Shown one piece after another: positions 21,024 through 30,909 of a stretch of DNA of 64,000 nucleotides. The stretch lies in the NCBI GenBank assembly GCA_964291265.2, contig OZ219746.1, forward strand, positions 271,510 through 335,509, written 5' to 3'. This DNA comes from Alphaproteobacteria bacterium. Its GTDB lineage: Bacteria > Pseudomonadota > Alphaproteobacteria > SP197. Every line of letters begins with the position of its first letter. Position 1 is the first letter of the stretch. A model generated the notes under the pieces. The model searched no databases, was not told where the DNA came from, and was given only the letters and a program-made list of their open reading frames with translations. The translations under genes were made by a program, and so were the position numbers.

Positions 21024-21899
21024 TCAGCGCGGAAAGCGCCTGTCGTAGTCGTTCGCGATCTCGTCGAACGTGGTGAATGTCACGCCCGGATGGCTGCTGA
21101 CATGGGCATAGATGCGTTCGAGCATCAACAGCACCTGGGGCTTGCCCGAGACGTCGGGGTGGATCGTGAAGGTCACGACCGCATAGTCCATCTCGCGATA
21201 GACCCAGTCAAACTGATCGCGCCAGATCTCCTCGAGGTGGCGGGGGTTGACGAATCCGTGACTGTTGGGGGCGGCCTTCATGAACATCATCGGCGGCAAG
21301 TCATCGAGGTACCATGATGCCGGAATCTCGATGAGATCGGTCTCCGTACCGCGTACCAGAGGCTTCATCCATTCCTCGGCCTTCTTCGAGTAGTCGATCT
21401 TGGTCCAGGTGTCACCGACACGCACACGGTAGGGTGTGAAGTCGTCGTGCATGAGCGAGTGGTCGTACTTGATGCCCTTCTTGAGAAGGAGTTCGTTGGA
21501 CACTGCGGAAAACTCCCACCACGGTGCAACGTAACCCGTGGGTCGGCGACCGCACAGCCGCTCGATCAGTTCGATGGACTTGTCCATGACCGTTTCTTCC
21601 TGTTCGGGAGTCATGGCAATGGGATTTTCGTGGCTGTATCCATGCATGCCGATCTCGTGGCCGGCATCGGCAATGGCCTTCATCTGATCGGGAAAGGTCT
21701 CCAGGGAATGGCCGGGGATGAACCATGTGGCCTTGATGCCGAAGCGCTCCAGAAGCTGAAGAATGCGCATCGAGCCGACCTCGCCGGAGAACATGCCGCG
21801 GCTGATGTCGCAAGGGCTGTCCTCGCCCCCGTAGGATCCGAGCCAGCCGCCGACGGCATCCACATCGATTCCGAATGCGCAGAAAATTTCCTTGGTCAT
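21024..21899 (-). CDS. polysaccharide deacetylase family protein (PuuE/allantoinase-like)
   Basis: 291 aa. FGIDVDAV...WFIPGHS...HGYSHE is the NodB-homology metal-binding pattern. Confidence 0.8.
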   Translation of the reverse strand: MTKEIFCAFGIDVDAVGGWLGSYGGEDSPCDISRGMFSGEVGSMRILQLLERFGIKATWFIPGHSLETFPDQMKAIADAGHEIGMHGYSHENPIAMTPEQEETVMDKSIELIERLCGRRPTGYVAPWWEFSAVSNELLLKKGIKYDHSLMHDDFTPYRVRVGDTWTKIDYSKKAEEWMKPLVRGTETDLIEIPASWYLDDLPPMMFMKAAPNSHGFVNPRHLEEIWRDQFDWVYREMDYAVVTFTIHPDVSGKPQVLLMLERIYAHVSSHPGVTFTTFDEIANDYDRRFPR

Positions 21900-21979
21900 G
21901 ACCGTGTCCCTTGATTCTGGGCGCCATGCTAACCGCTCGATGGAGCGGAGTCACCATGAAGGATGCACCGGGGCCCGTG

Positions 21980-23086
21980 TCAGTCGGCCTCAATGACGAT
22001 GGTCGCCCTGTCCCTTCGCCAGCTCAGATCGACATTCGACCCGGGAACGATCGTGCCGTCCTCGATCTTGGTGCGGTGGGCCTCGAGGCGAACGGACATC
22101 CGTTCGTCGAGGCGGACACCGACGTGAACGATCTGTCCCACGCGGTCGAGTGCCGTGACAACACCCTGGACATGATCATGGTCCGCGGTGTGTGCCGTCG
22201 CAACTGCAGAGGAGATATGAACGTATTCGGATGGAACCACGACCATGGCGCGCGATCCTGCCGCTGCGCTGCCATCGAATCCCGGCACGCCGTGAAGCCT
22301 GCCAAATCGTGTGTCGACCACCGCCGCTTGCGGCGGCGAGGAGACGAGGGTGCCTTCGATGATCTTGTTGCGGCCGATGAAGCGCGCGACAAATGGAGAC
22401 GCAGGGCGGGTGTAGAGTTCGAACGGGTTGGAGATCTGCTCGATCCGTCCGGCGTTCATGACGACCACTCGGTCACCCATGCTCAGCGCTTCCGACTGGG
22501 CATGGGTGACGAAGACAAACGTGATTCCGAGATCACGCTGGAGAATCTTCAGTTCTTCCTGAATCGACTTCCGCAGATTGGCATCGAGTGCGCCAAGCGG
22601 TTCGTCGAGAAGGAGGATGCCCGGTTCGGTCACGAGTCCGCGACCGAGCGCGAGGCGCTGCTTCTGCCCGCCCGACAGGGAACTTTCGTTCTCGTCGGCG
22701 ACATTGCCGAGTTCGAGTTTGTCGATCATGGTGTCGACCCTGCGTTTCATGTCGTCAGGGGGCACCTTGCGGACCCTCAGCCCGTACTCGATGTTCTGCC
22801 GCACGGTCATATGCGGGAAGATGGCGTAGTTCTGGAAGATGGTGGCGGTGGGCCGCCGCTCCGTGGGGACGCGGGTGTAGTCCTTGCCACGGATCAGGAG
22901 ATGGCCGGCCGTTATGCTCTCAAGTCCGGCGATCATGCGCAGCGTCGTCGTCTTGCCGCATCCGGACGGTCCCACGAACGAGATGAACTCCCCGCGCTCC
23001 ACGGCGAGATCGAACGCCTCCACGGCGACGGTGCCGCCGGGATACACCTTTCTCAGGCCGATGAGTTCGAGGTCGATGTCCGCCAT
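21980..23086 (-). CDS. ABC transporter ATP-binding protein (PotA type)
   Basis: Walker A GPSGCGKTT, signature SGGQKQR, Walker B LLDEPL. Start taken at MADIDLELIGLRKVY (23086). Confidence 0.9.
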   Translation of the reverse strand: MADIDLELIGLRKVYPGGTVAVEAFDLAVERGEFISFVGPSGCGKTTTLRMIAGLESITAGHLLIRGKDYTRVPTERRPTATIFQNYAIFPHMTVRQNIEYGLRVRKVPPDDMKRRVDTMIDKLELGNVADENESSLSGGQKQRLALGRGLVTEPGILLLDEPLGALDANLRKSIQEELKILQRDLGITFVFVTHAQSEALSMGDRVVVMNAGRIEQISNPFELYTRPASPFVARFIGRNKIIEGTLVSSPPQAAVVDTRFGRLHGVPGFDGSAAAGSRAMVVVPSEYVHISSAVATAHTADHDHVQGVVTALDRVGQIVHVGVRLDERMSVRLEAHRTKIEDGTIVPGSNVDLSWRRDRATIVIEAD

Positions 23087-23172
23087 GGGCCGGAATCTTC
23101 TCAAGGTCCTTGTTGCTGAAACGATGGAACGGGAGGATGCCCGAGCGGACAACCTCCCGCCGCCGGTGCCGT

Positions 23173-24393
23173 TCAGGCGCTCAGGAACTCGTCCCACTTC
23201 ATGATGAGGTGGTCGTATTCGTCCGGCCACTGGTGCCAGTACTTGATATGCGCCGCCCGGGTCTCGAGAGAACCGCCATCACGCAGGTCGCCTTCCATGA
23301 TGCCGCGATCGGGTGCGCCGACCCATGGCATGCCCTCATACCAGAAGCCGTACCTGTCAGGGTCCATGACGTCCTTGATGTTGGTCGTCGGCGAATAGTA
23401 GCCCTGTTCGGACACGGTGATGGCCGGCGGACCCGACAGCCAATAGTCGCAATAGGCGATCACGGCCTCCGTATTCGGGGAGTTGGCGATGAGAGAGTTG
23501 CCGATGGACCAGGCGCGGTAACCCTCGCGCGGCACCGCATAGGAGCACTCGATACCCTGGGCCTTGACCGCCATGACGGCCGGCTGCCAGGCGTCGGCGA
23601 GGATCATCTCGCCCGAAGCGAGGAGGTTCACCAGTTCGCCGAAGTCACCCCACAGTGAACGGAACTGGCCATCCTTCTTCTTCGAGACAAGGAACTTCGC
23701 AGCCTCGTCGATTTCCTCGGTCGAGGGGTTGCCCGGGTTCTCGTTCTCGAGCATGCCCATCGAGGTCATGGCCAGCACCGCCTGGCCGAACGCGATGAGC
23801 GGGTCGACGTTGAGACCTGTCTTGCCCTTGAACTTGGGATCGAAGATCGATGTCCAGGTGTTGGCTTCTTCGGCGTCCACAAGGTCCGGGCGGTAGCCGA
23901 TGGAGTCGAAGTTGTAGACGGTCGGCACCATCCACAGCTCGGTCTTGGCGTTATCGGCCCAGATCTGCCCCGAAATCTGTGCACGCGCCTCCATGCGCGT
24001 GTCCGTATCGATGAAGGTCGGGCGAATGTTGGCCCAGTTCTTCAGTTCAGATGTGGGAATCGGTTTGATCGTGTTGGTGATGGTCATCGCCGGCAAGCGC
24101 TCGCCGATGGTCTCCCAGACGTCATAGGCGTCGGATCCCGAGAGCAGTTCGGTCTGCGTGTTGGGGAAGATGTCGGCCTTGCCCGAAACCGAACCCACGC
24201 CCGATTTTTCCTTGAAGTCGTTGAGAATGCGTTCCTGTACCGTGACCGACAGCCCGACCGTGCGCAGTTCCTGGTCGGCGAGATGGTTATCGGCAAGCGC
24301 CATCTGCGGTGTCAACAGCATGGCCCCCGTACCGAGCGCAGTGCTGCCGGCGAGGAAGCCTCGCCGTGAAGTGGTGATGTCTTTCATTGTCAT
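23173..24393 (-). CDS. ABC transporter periplasmic substrate-binding protein with a Tat-type signal
   Basis: N-terminus MTMKDITTSRRGFLAGSTALGTGAMLL has the twin-arginine pattern. 406 aa, PotD/PotF-like size. Confidence 0.8.
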   Translation of the reverse strand: MTMKDITTSRRGFLAGSTALGTGAMLLTPQMALADNHLADQELRTVGLSVTVQERILNDFKEKSGVGSVSGKADIFPNTQTELLSGSDAYDVWETIGERLPAMTITNTIKPIPTSELKNWANIRPTFIDTDTRMEARAQISGQIWADNAKTELWMVPTVYNFDSIGYRPDLVDAEEANTWTSIFDPKFKGKTGLNVDPLIAFGQAVLAMTSMGMLENENPGNPSTEEIDEAAKFLVSKKKDGQFRSLWGDFGELVNLLASGEMILADAWQPAVMAVKAQGIECSYAVPREGYRAWSIGNSLIANSPNTEAVIAYCDYWLSGPPAITVSEQGYYSPTTNIKDVMDPDRYGFWYEGMPWVGAPDRGIMEGDLRDGGSLETRAAHIKYWHQWPDEYDHLIMKWDEFLSA

Positions 24394-24435
24394 GGTTCTC
24401 CAGAGTTCAGAGTTTCGACCGCAAGCAGGAACGGC

Positions 24436-25188
24436 CTAGTAGCGGCCGACCAGTAGACCCCCATCCACTGTCACGACCTGGCCGGTCATATACCGGGCCG
24501 CATCGGATGCGAGGAACACAATGACGTCGGCAATGTCGTCCGCTTCGCCGACACGCCCCATGGGGATGAACTCGGCAGCCTTCTCAAGGCCTTCACGGCC
24601 GAGAGAATGTTCCTCCGACAGAGCCTGCGCGGTGCGGACGTAGCCGGGCGCCACACCGTTGACCCGGATTCCGTCGCCGGCAAGCTCGACCGCGAGCCCG
24701 CGCACAAGGCCGATGACCCCGGACTTGGCGGAAGAGTAGTGCACATGCTCGTCCCAGCCGTAGGCTACTCCCATGATCGAACTCAGACAGACGATGCTGC
24801 CCCGGCCTCTCTCGCGCATCTTGGGTGCAGCGGCGCGAACGACGCGAATCATCCCCTTGAGGTCGATGTCGAAGGTCAGGTCCCATGCCTCGTCACTGAG
24901 TCGGGCGAGCGGCGTCCTGTGGGCGATTCCGGCATTGCAAACGATGGTGTCGAAGGCACCGTGACGGGCTTCGACAGCGGCCACGACGGCATTCGCCTGC
25001 TCCGTCGAGGTCACGTCGAGCGCATGGAACTCCGCTTCACCTCCACCGGCGCCGATGGCGTCCGCCACCATGGTCCCTTCGCCCTCGAGAATATCCGTGA
25101 CAATGACCCGAAATCCGGCGTCCGCGAACGCATGGGCCGTTGCTCGGCCAATGCCGATGCCGGCACCGGTGATCATGACAGTCTTCAC
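24436..25188 (-). CDS. SDR family oxidoreductase
   Basis: ITGAGIGIGRA, NAG and YSSAK motifs. GTG start at 25188 with a GGGAGAGGA Shine-Dalgarno upstream. Confidence 0.85.
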   Translation of the reverse strand: MKTVMITGAGIGIGRATAHAFADAGFRVIVTDILEGEGTMVADAIGAGGGEAEFHALDVTSTEQANAVVAAVEARHGAFDTIVCNAGIAHRTPLARLSDEAWDLTFDIDLKGMIRVVRAAAPKMRERGRGSIVCLSSIMGVAYGWDEHVHYSSAKSGVIGLVRGLAVELAGDGIRVNGVAPGYVRTAQALSEEHSLGREGLEKAAEFIPMGRVGEADDIADVIVFLASDAARYMTGQVVTVDGGLLVGRY

Positions 25189-25399
25189 GGCGTCCTCTCC
25201 CGAACATCCCTCGCAACACCGCCCGGAGAGCCCTTGCACTCGTTGGCGAATGCCTGATCATGGGGATGCCGAGGCTGCACCGTCGGATAACAGGAACGTT
25301 GAGGCGCCCCCGATGTCATTCGGCGCCAATCGTAGGTGAAAGACGAATGACGTGTCAAGACGGGTGAGTGCGAACTTCAGACATCCTGACCGTCCAACG

Positions 25400-25990
25400 T
25401 CAGGCGAGACGATTGTGGGTGTTGCGCCGTCGATGTCGCAGACGGAGGCCTGTTCCCGGATGGACGGTCCCGGACCGGTTGAGTTGGTCGATCAGCGCCA
25501 GCAGTGCTCTTGTCGTTGCGCTGCTGGCCAGGCCCGAGGATGTTGACCCTGAGGATGCCCCTCCCATGGTTCGGCTCGACGCCGGCGTCGGCGATGAGGG
25601 TGCGGACGATCTTGGGTCGGACCTTTCCCTGGATCACGGGGCCATCATGCGGGTTTCGGCGCGATGGCAGATCATGCGGACGAGGTCGACGAGGAGGCGC
25701 CTGCAAGGGGTCTCCGGGTCGTGGTCCAGGATCTGTCCTTGTGCCGCAACGCGAACGCACACGGTGTTGCTTTCCGGCGGGCGGCGTGCGTTTCATGGAG
25801 CGTGTCGGTGGCGATCGGCACCTGTCGTGGAGAAACTCTCGATTCCCGTTTCAGTGGCGCCAGGATGTCCTGGCGCGTACAACCCCCGGGCCATGACAGG
25901 GACATGGTGCCGAACGTCCTGCCGGGAAGCAGGGCATCCGCCTGGGCAGGGTTCACAGGCAGTTCAAGCCTGCGTATGGCGCGTAGAGGA
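25400..25990 (-). pseudogene. tyrosine (P4-like) integrase relic, catalytic-domain fragment, frameshifted
   Basis: Two minus frames read GGCTRQDILAPLKRES...RQVPIATDTLHE (compare TG.R..E.L.L.W...R.VPL) and RPHDL...GKVRPKIVRTLIADAGVEPNHGRGILRVNILGPGQQR (compare HDLRRT...GV.P.VIE..LNH...G..G.Y.R..Y..ER). No intact ORF. Confidence 0.4.
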
Positions 25991-25996
25991 CGCACG

Positions 25997-26392
25997 TCAG
26001 TGATTCGGTAGCACCTCGATATCACCGCACCGCAACAGCCGCCTGTCCGCCGTCACAAGCGACAGGCCGTGCACCTTGGCAGTGGCGACGATGAAGCGAT
26101 CTGCAGGATCCTGGTGTTCGAGGTCGACAGTGCGGCTGGTGAACGCCACATCAATGGTCAGCGGAGCCTCTGCGATGGGGGTGATTGACATCGCCTTGCG
26201 AAGCCAACGGCGGGGATCGGGGGCGAGCACCACCCGGCCGCGCTCGGCAAGAAGCAGAGTTTCCCACACGCTGATGGGGGAGAGATGGAGCTCGACCTCG
26301 CCGGACCGCAAGGCTTTTCTTGCTGATTTGCCGAGTCGGTCCGGGTCGAGGAGGCTCCAGAGCCAGATGTGCGTATCGAGCAGCAGCCCCAT
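25997..26392 (-). CDS. vapC: type II toxin, PIN domain (VapC)
   Basis: 131 aa. LLLDTHIWLW (first Asp), SVWE, DPADRFIVATA and LVTADRRL are the canonical PIN acidic residues. Confidence 0.85.
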   Translation of the reverse strand: MGLLLDTHIWLWSLLDPDRLGKSARKALRSGEVELHLSPISVWETLLLAERGRVVLAPDPRRWLRKAMSITPIAEAPLTIDVAFTSRTVDLEHQDPADRFIVATAKVHGLSLVTADRRLLRCGDIEVLPNH

Positions 26393-26626
26393 CTACTTCA
26401 GAGCTTCCCATTCCGACAGGTCCACCACAGGTGCGACGAGGTCATCACGGATCTTGCCATCGTTCTGCATCGCGCCCAGCCATTCCCCGGTCGGACACGG
26501 CGGCGGCAGAATCTGGGCAACCGGCTTGCCGAAGCGGGTCACAAGAACAGGCTTGCGCGTCGTTCCCACCCGGTCGAGAACGGCCAGACACGTCGCCTTG
26601 AACTTCGAAATCTGGATCTCTTCCAT
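26393..26626 (-). CDS. type II antitoxin, Phd/YefM-like
   Basis: MEEIQISKFKATCLAVLDRVGTTRKPVLVTRFGKPVAQILP is a Phd/YefM-type N-terminus. Its stop abuts the vapC start. The start could also be upstream at 26656 or 26704. Confidence 0.75.
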   Translation of the reverse strand: MEEIQISKFKATCLAVLDRVGTTRKPVLVTRFGKPVAQILPPPCPTGEWLGAMQNDGKIRDDLVAPVVDLSEWEALK

Positions 26627-26995
26627 GAGGCTGTATGTACCATGGTCCGAGTCCATGGTCAACATTGAGTTTTCTGACGCGAGCCGCTGAAAGTCGTCGA
26701 ACAATCTGCTCGCGGCACCTCCCGCGAACGGGGGGATTCATGGCGCATGTCGAGACGCCACCGCAAGATGAGCCAATGGCTGGCGGCCGCCTTTCTCAAT
26801 GCCCGCCGGAATGTTCCGCTTGCCGGGACATCGGCCGACAGAACTGACGCCATGGCAGCGGAGTTGACGAGGTCTCCCTTGTGCTCCGGTGTGGCCCACA
26901 GCATCCATGTTGGTGGAGCCGGTCGCCCTCAATGCCGATGACCTGCGCCTGTTCATGGCTGCGCCCCTGGCGCAGCGATCAGCGTCGTGGTCCAT

Positions 26996-28549
26996 TCAAC
27001 GCCGTATCAGGGCGGCAGCGATGAAGGCAAGGCCGGGCAGCAGGATGACCAGCAGTGTCCAGTTGCCGTATCGGGACCAGGGGGTGGGATGTCCGAGGGG
27101 GGCGGGCAGGGCGACATCGAGCATGCCGCGGTGACCGAGTGGCATGCTCGCCACCACCCGACCCAGGGGGTCGATGACCCCGCTGATTCCCGTGTTGGCG
27201 ACGCGGACGACGGGAAGCCCCTGTTCCACTGCGCGCAGGCGGGGCGCCTGGAAGTGCTGGTAGGGGCCGCTCGATACACCGAACCAGGCGTCGTTGGTGA
27301 TGTTGACGAGCCACCGGGGTGGATGATCCGGATCCGTGATTCCTGTGGGGAAGATGATCTCGTAGCAGATCAGCACACCGAAGTCCGGCAGGCCTGCCAC
27401 CTGCATGGTGGCAGGTCCGGGGCCGCGTCCCATGTCGCGCCTGCCGGGCGCAATGGTGTCGATGGGCAGGATCCCGCGCAATGGCACGTATTCCCCGAAT
27501 GGCACCAGGCGATACTTGTCATGGAGCGTCACCGGTCCCTTGCCGGAGAAGACAAGGAGGCTGTTGCGTGCCTCGAGCGCGCCGTCGGCCGCGGGAACGG
27601 CACGGATGGCGCCCGACATGATGACCCCTCCCGGTGGGGCGGCGGCGGCGAAGGCCGAGAGAACGGCAGGTTTGCTCAGGAGCGCGGGAGGAATGGCCGC
27701 CTCGGGCCAGATGATGGCAACGGGGGGTTCTCCGGCCGGCGCCAGAGAACTCAGCGCGATATGGCGGGCAAAATGGTCCTCGAGAAGCGCCCTCTCCCAC
27801 TTCAGGTGCTGTTCGATATGTGGCTGAACAAGCCGAACGACAGGGCCAGACGAGATATCCCGATGCTGAAGACGCAGTTCTCCGCCGACCCAGGCAAGGG
27901 CGATGACGGCAATCGATACCATGAGGCCGCCAGCCGCCCTGCGCGGAGTGAAGCGGCCGGCGGGCGCCACGGCAGCGGGCGCCAGTCCTGCGACAAGGAC
28001 GATGGCGCTGAGAAGCCAGGGTCCACCCAGGGCGCCTCCCTGGATGAGGCTGTCGGAGAGCGTCAGCGAGGTACCCACGAGATTCCATGGGAATCCGGTC
28101 AGAATCCAGCTGCGGACCCATTCCAGGACCAGCCAAGCCACGCCGAGAGAGACGATCCGTGCGCGCCTGCCCGGCACCATGCCGGCGATGCCCGAGGCCA
28201 GCGCCGGAAACAGGCCAAACCCGGCGGCGATGGCGAGAAGGGCCAGGGGATAGAGCCAGGCGTGCCTGAGCGGGTCCACCAGGAGGGCGTTGGCGATCCA
28301 GTAGAACGCCGCAGCCGAGAAGCCGCAGCCGAACCACCAGCCATCCAGGAAGGCGCTGGCACCGCGCCGGTGACCGGAGATCATCCAGGCCAGTCCGCTG
28401 AAGGCGATCACGGCGCCCGGCAACAGGTGGAAGGGAGGAAGCGCTGCCGCCAGCAAGGCACCCAGGCCGGCCAGCAACAGCCGGCGGCGCCAGCCGGTGA
28501 GGGCGGTCAGCCGCGCGATGCCGTCGCTGTCAGCCGCGCTGGCTGGCAC
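26996..28549 (-). CDS. lnt: apolipoprotein N-acyltransferase
   Basis: 517 aa. Multi-pass N-terminus plus a C-terminal nitrilase-like domain (ICYEIIFP, NITNDAWFG). Confidence 0.9.
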   Translation of the reverse strand: MPASAADSDGIARLTALTGWRRRLLLAGLGALLAAALPPFHLLPGAVIAFSGLAWMISGHRRGASAFLDGWWFGCGFSAAAFYWIANALLVDPLRHAWLYPLALLAIAAGFGLFPALASGIAGMVPGRRARIVSLGVAWLVLEWVRSWILTGFPWNLVGTSLTLSDSLIQGGALGGPWLLSAIVLVAGLAPAAVAPAGRFTPRRAAGGLMVSIAVIALAWVGGELRLQHRDISSGPVVRLVQPHIEQHLKWERALLEDHFARHIALSSLAPAGEPPVAIIWPEAAIPPALLSKPAVLSAFAAAAPPGGVIMSGAIRAVPAADGALEARNSLLVFSGKGPVTLHDKYRLVPFGEYVPLRGILPIDTIAPGRRDMGRGPGPATMQVAGLPDFGVLICYEIIFPTGITDPDHPPRWLVNITNDAWFGVSSGPYQHFQAPRLRAVEQGLPVVRVANTGISGVIDPLGRVVASMPLGHRGMLDVALPAPLGHPTPWSRYGNWTLLVILLPGLAFIAAALIRR

Positions 28550-29402
28550 GTCTCACGCGCAGACGCTTGATATGCCGCGGGTCGGCGTCGACGATTTCGA
28601 ACTCGAGTCCTGACACGTGGGCGATGATCTCGCCGCGCATCGGGATGCGGCCAACCATCGTGTGGACGAGCCCGCCGACGGTGTCGATGTCCTCGTCTCT
28701 CGATTCGTCCTGGAGTGTCGAGCCGGTCATGGCCTCGAGTTCGCTGACGGGCGCACGGGCATGGGCGTCAATCACGCCGCCGGGCTGCTCGACAAGAAGA
28801 ACCCCGTCGTCGGCATCGTGTTCATCCCAGATCTCGCCGACGATGGGCTCCACCAAGTCCTCGATGGTGGCGAGGCCATCGACGCCTCCGAATTCATCGA
28901 CCACAAGCGACAGATGCGTGCGGGCCGTGCGCATCTTGATGAGAAGGTCGATCACCGGCATCGACGGGGGAACGAAGAGGACATCCCGCACCAGGCTGGC
29001 AAGGTCGGGCGCCGGCTCCTCCTCGGGCAGCCCCCAGTGATCGAGGAAGTCCCGGACGTGCACCATGCCGATCGGGTCATCGAGGGTCTCGCGATAGACC
29101 GGCAACCTGGAATGACCGGACTTGCGCATGATCTCGACGACCTCGGTGAGCGAGGTCCTTTCCTCGACGGCGACAATGTCGGCATGGGGCACCTTGACAT
29201 CGTCGACCGTGAGTTCGCCAAAGCGCAACAGGTTGGAAAGCATCGAGCGCTCGGCGTCGGAGAACTCCGTCTCGCTGCCATCGTCAGCCTTGAGAAGTTC
29301 CTCGACGGACTCCCTCACGGTGTCGCCGTTGCGGCCGCTGATCAGGCGGCGCAACCAGCTGGCAAGGCCTGAGACCGGGGTCTGTGGCAATCGGCCGTTC
29401 AC
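28530..29402 (-). CDS. corC: CBS-domain / CorC_HlyC family protein (Mg/Co efflux-associated)
   Basis: 290 aa with a tandem CBS region and a C-terminal transporter-associated domain. It occupies the conserved ybeX position in the ybeZYX-lnt cluster. Confidence 0.85.
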   Translation of the reverse strand: MNGRLPQTPVSGLASWLRRLISGRNGDTVRESVEELLKADDGSETEFSDAERSMLSNLLRFGELTVDDVKVPHADIVAVEERTSLTEVVEIMRKSGHSRLPVYRETLDDPIGMVHVRDFLDHWGLPEEEPAPDLASLVRDVLFVPPSMPVIDLLIKMRTARTHLSLVVDEFGGVDGLATIEDLVEPIVGEIWDEHDADDGVLLVEQPGGVIDAHARAPVSELEAMTGSTLQDESRDEDIDTVGGLVHTMVGRIPMRGEIIAHVSGLEFEIVDADPRHIKRLRVRRASQRG

Positions 29403-29944
29403 GCTGTGTCCACGAGGTAAGGGTCGGGAATGCCAAGGGTCTCGAGCACGATGCGCTCCATGTTCTCCATCACACGGGCGTCCACTTCCGTCTCGTGGTC
29501 GTAACCCAGCAGATGAAGAGTCCCGTGCACGACGATGTGGGACAGGTGATCGGTGAGCGCCAGGGTCCGGCGGCGCGCATCGTCAACGATGGTCTCCCGG
29601 GCGATGACGATATCGCCCAGGGCAATGGCGCCGCCGGGAGGAGAACCGGCGGGGCGCTGCAGTCGTGTCCCCGGGGCGCGGTCTTGGCTGGGGAACGACA
29701 GAACGTCGGTCGGTCGGTCGATGTGCCGCCAGCGCCTGTTGAGCTCGGCCAGCATGCGGTCGCTTGCCATGACAACCGACATCGTGACCGCTTCTCTGGA
29801 ACATGCCACCTGGAGAGCGCTTGTACAGGCCCGCTTCACGATGTCGTCTGCGCCCGGCAGGTCGTCTTGCCAGGCGTCGTCCTCGACCGTGACGTCGATA
29901 TCAACCACCCCGCATCGACTGCAGGCGCCATCGCCTCCCGTCAT
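29399..29944 (-). CDS. ybeY: rRNA maturation RNase YbeY
   Basis: HGTLHLLGYDH zinc motif. ATG at 29944 overlaps the phoH stop (ATGA). Confidence 0.9.
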   Translation of the reverse strand: MTGGDGACSRCGVVDIDVTVEDDAWQDDLPGADDIVKRACTSALQVACSREAVTMSVVMASDRMLAELNRRWRHIDRPTDVLSFPSQDRAPGTRLQRPAGSPPGGAIALGDIVIARETIVDDARRRTLALTDHLSHIVVHGTLHLLGYDHETEVDARVMENMERIVLETLGIPDPYLVDTA

Positions 29945-30909
29945 GGTGGCTCCCGGCGGTCGTCCGCATCCCAAGCGCGGACGATCTTCGCCACCAGCGG
30001 GTGCCGGACGACGTCGACATCGGTAAACGTGACAACCTCGATGTCCTCGACGGATTCGAGAATGCGCACGGCATCGGCCAATCCGGACACCTGGCCTTCC
30101 GGCAGGTCGACCTGTGTCAGATCGCCGGTCACCACCATGCGTGCACTCTCGCCAAGGCGTGTCAGGAACATCTTCATCTGCATCCGCGAGGTGTTCTGGG
30201 CCTCGTCGAGAATGACAAAGGCGTTGGACAGTGTCCGTCCGCGCATGAAGGCAAGGGGCGCCACCTCGATGTCGTCGGACGCCAGCCGGCGATTGGCCTT
30301 GTCGGCCGGCATGGTGTCGTAGAGTGCGTCATAGAGCGGACGAAGGTAGGGGTCGACCTTTTCCCGCAGGTCGCCCGGCAGGAACCCGAGCCGCTCTCCG
30401 GCTTCCACCGCCGGACGCGACAGCACGATGCGGTCCACGTCACCCGACTCCAGCATGGCGACAGCGACAGCGACGGCAAGATAGGTCTTGCCCGTTCCCG
30501 CCGGGCCAAGCGCGAACACCATGGACGACGTCGTCAGGGTCTTGAGGTAGCGCGCCTGGTTGAGTGTGCGCGGCGTGATGCGCCGCCGCGAGGTTTTCAC
30601 CTCGGTGTTCGAGATCGATGGATCGCCTGCCATGCGGAGCATGGCCTCGACTTCGGCGGGTCCGACGGCAAGGCCGTCCTTGAGGCGGCCGTAGAGGCCG
30701 TTGAGAACCAGGACGGCCATTCCGGCCGGTTCCGAAGGCCCGGCAATGCTGACCTGATTGCCACGACAGGTCAGCGAGACGCCGAGTTCCTGTTCTATGC
30801 GCACGAGGTGGCGGTCATGCCAGCCATAGAGGGAAGCCAGCAGGCTGTTGTCTTCGAAGGCGAGGACGCGTGGCGCCGGGGTCTCGTCACGGACCGGGGG
30901 GGTGGTCAT
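29941..30909 (-). CDS. phoH: PhoH-like ATPase (YbeZ)
   Basis: Walker A GPAGTGKTYLAV and a PhoH family C-terminus (LDEAQN...GDLTQVDLP). Confidence 0.9.
   Translation of the reverse strand: MTTPPVRDETPAPRVLAFEDNSLLASLYGWHDRHLVRIEQELGVSLTCRGNQVSIAGPSEPAGMAVLVLNGLYGRLKDGLAVGPAEVEAMLRMAGDPSISNTEVKTSRRRITPRTLNQARYLKTLTTSSMVFALGPAGTGKTYLAVAVAVAMLESGDVDRIVLSRPAVEAGERLGFLPGDLREKVDPYLRPLYDALYDTMPADKANRRLASDDIEVAPLAFMRGRTLSNAFVILDEAQNTSRMQMKMFLTRLGESARMVVTGDLTQVDLPEGQVSGLADAVRILESVEDIEVVTFTDVDVVRHPLVAKIVRAWDADDRREPP

Noticed and set aside
25368-26003. 211-aa ORF on the + strand in the gap between the SDR gene and vapC
   Set aside because: It is an Arg/Pro-rich translation with no motif. The opposite strand carries integrase-like fragments, so this is most likely a shadow frame over a pseudogene.
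26987-28570. 527-aa ORF on the + strand
   Set aside because: It is antisense to lnt. It is a low-complexity Gly/Arg/Asp-rich translation with no motifs.
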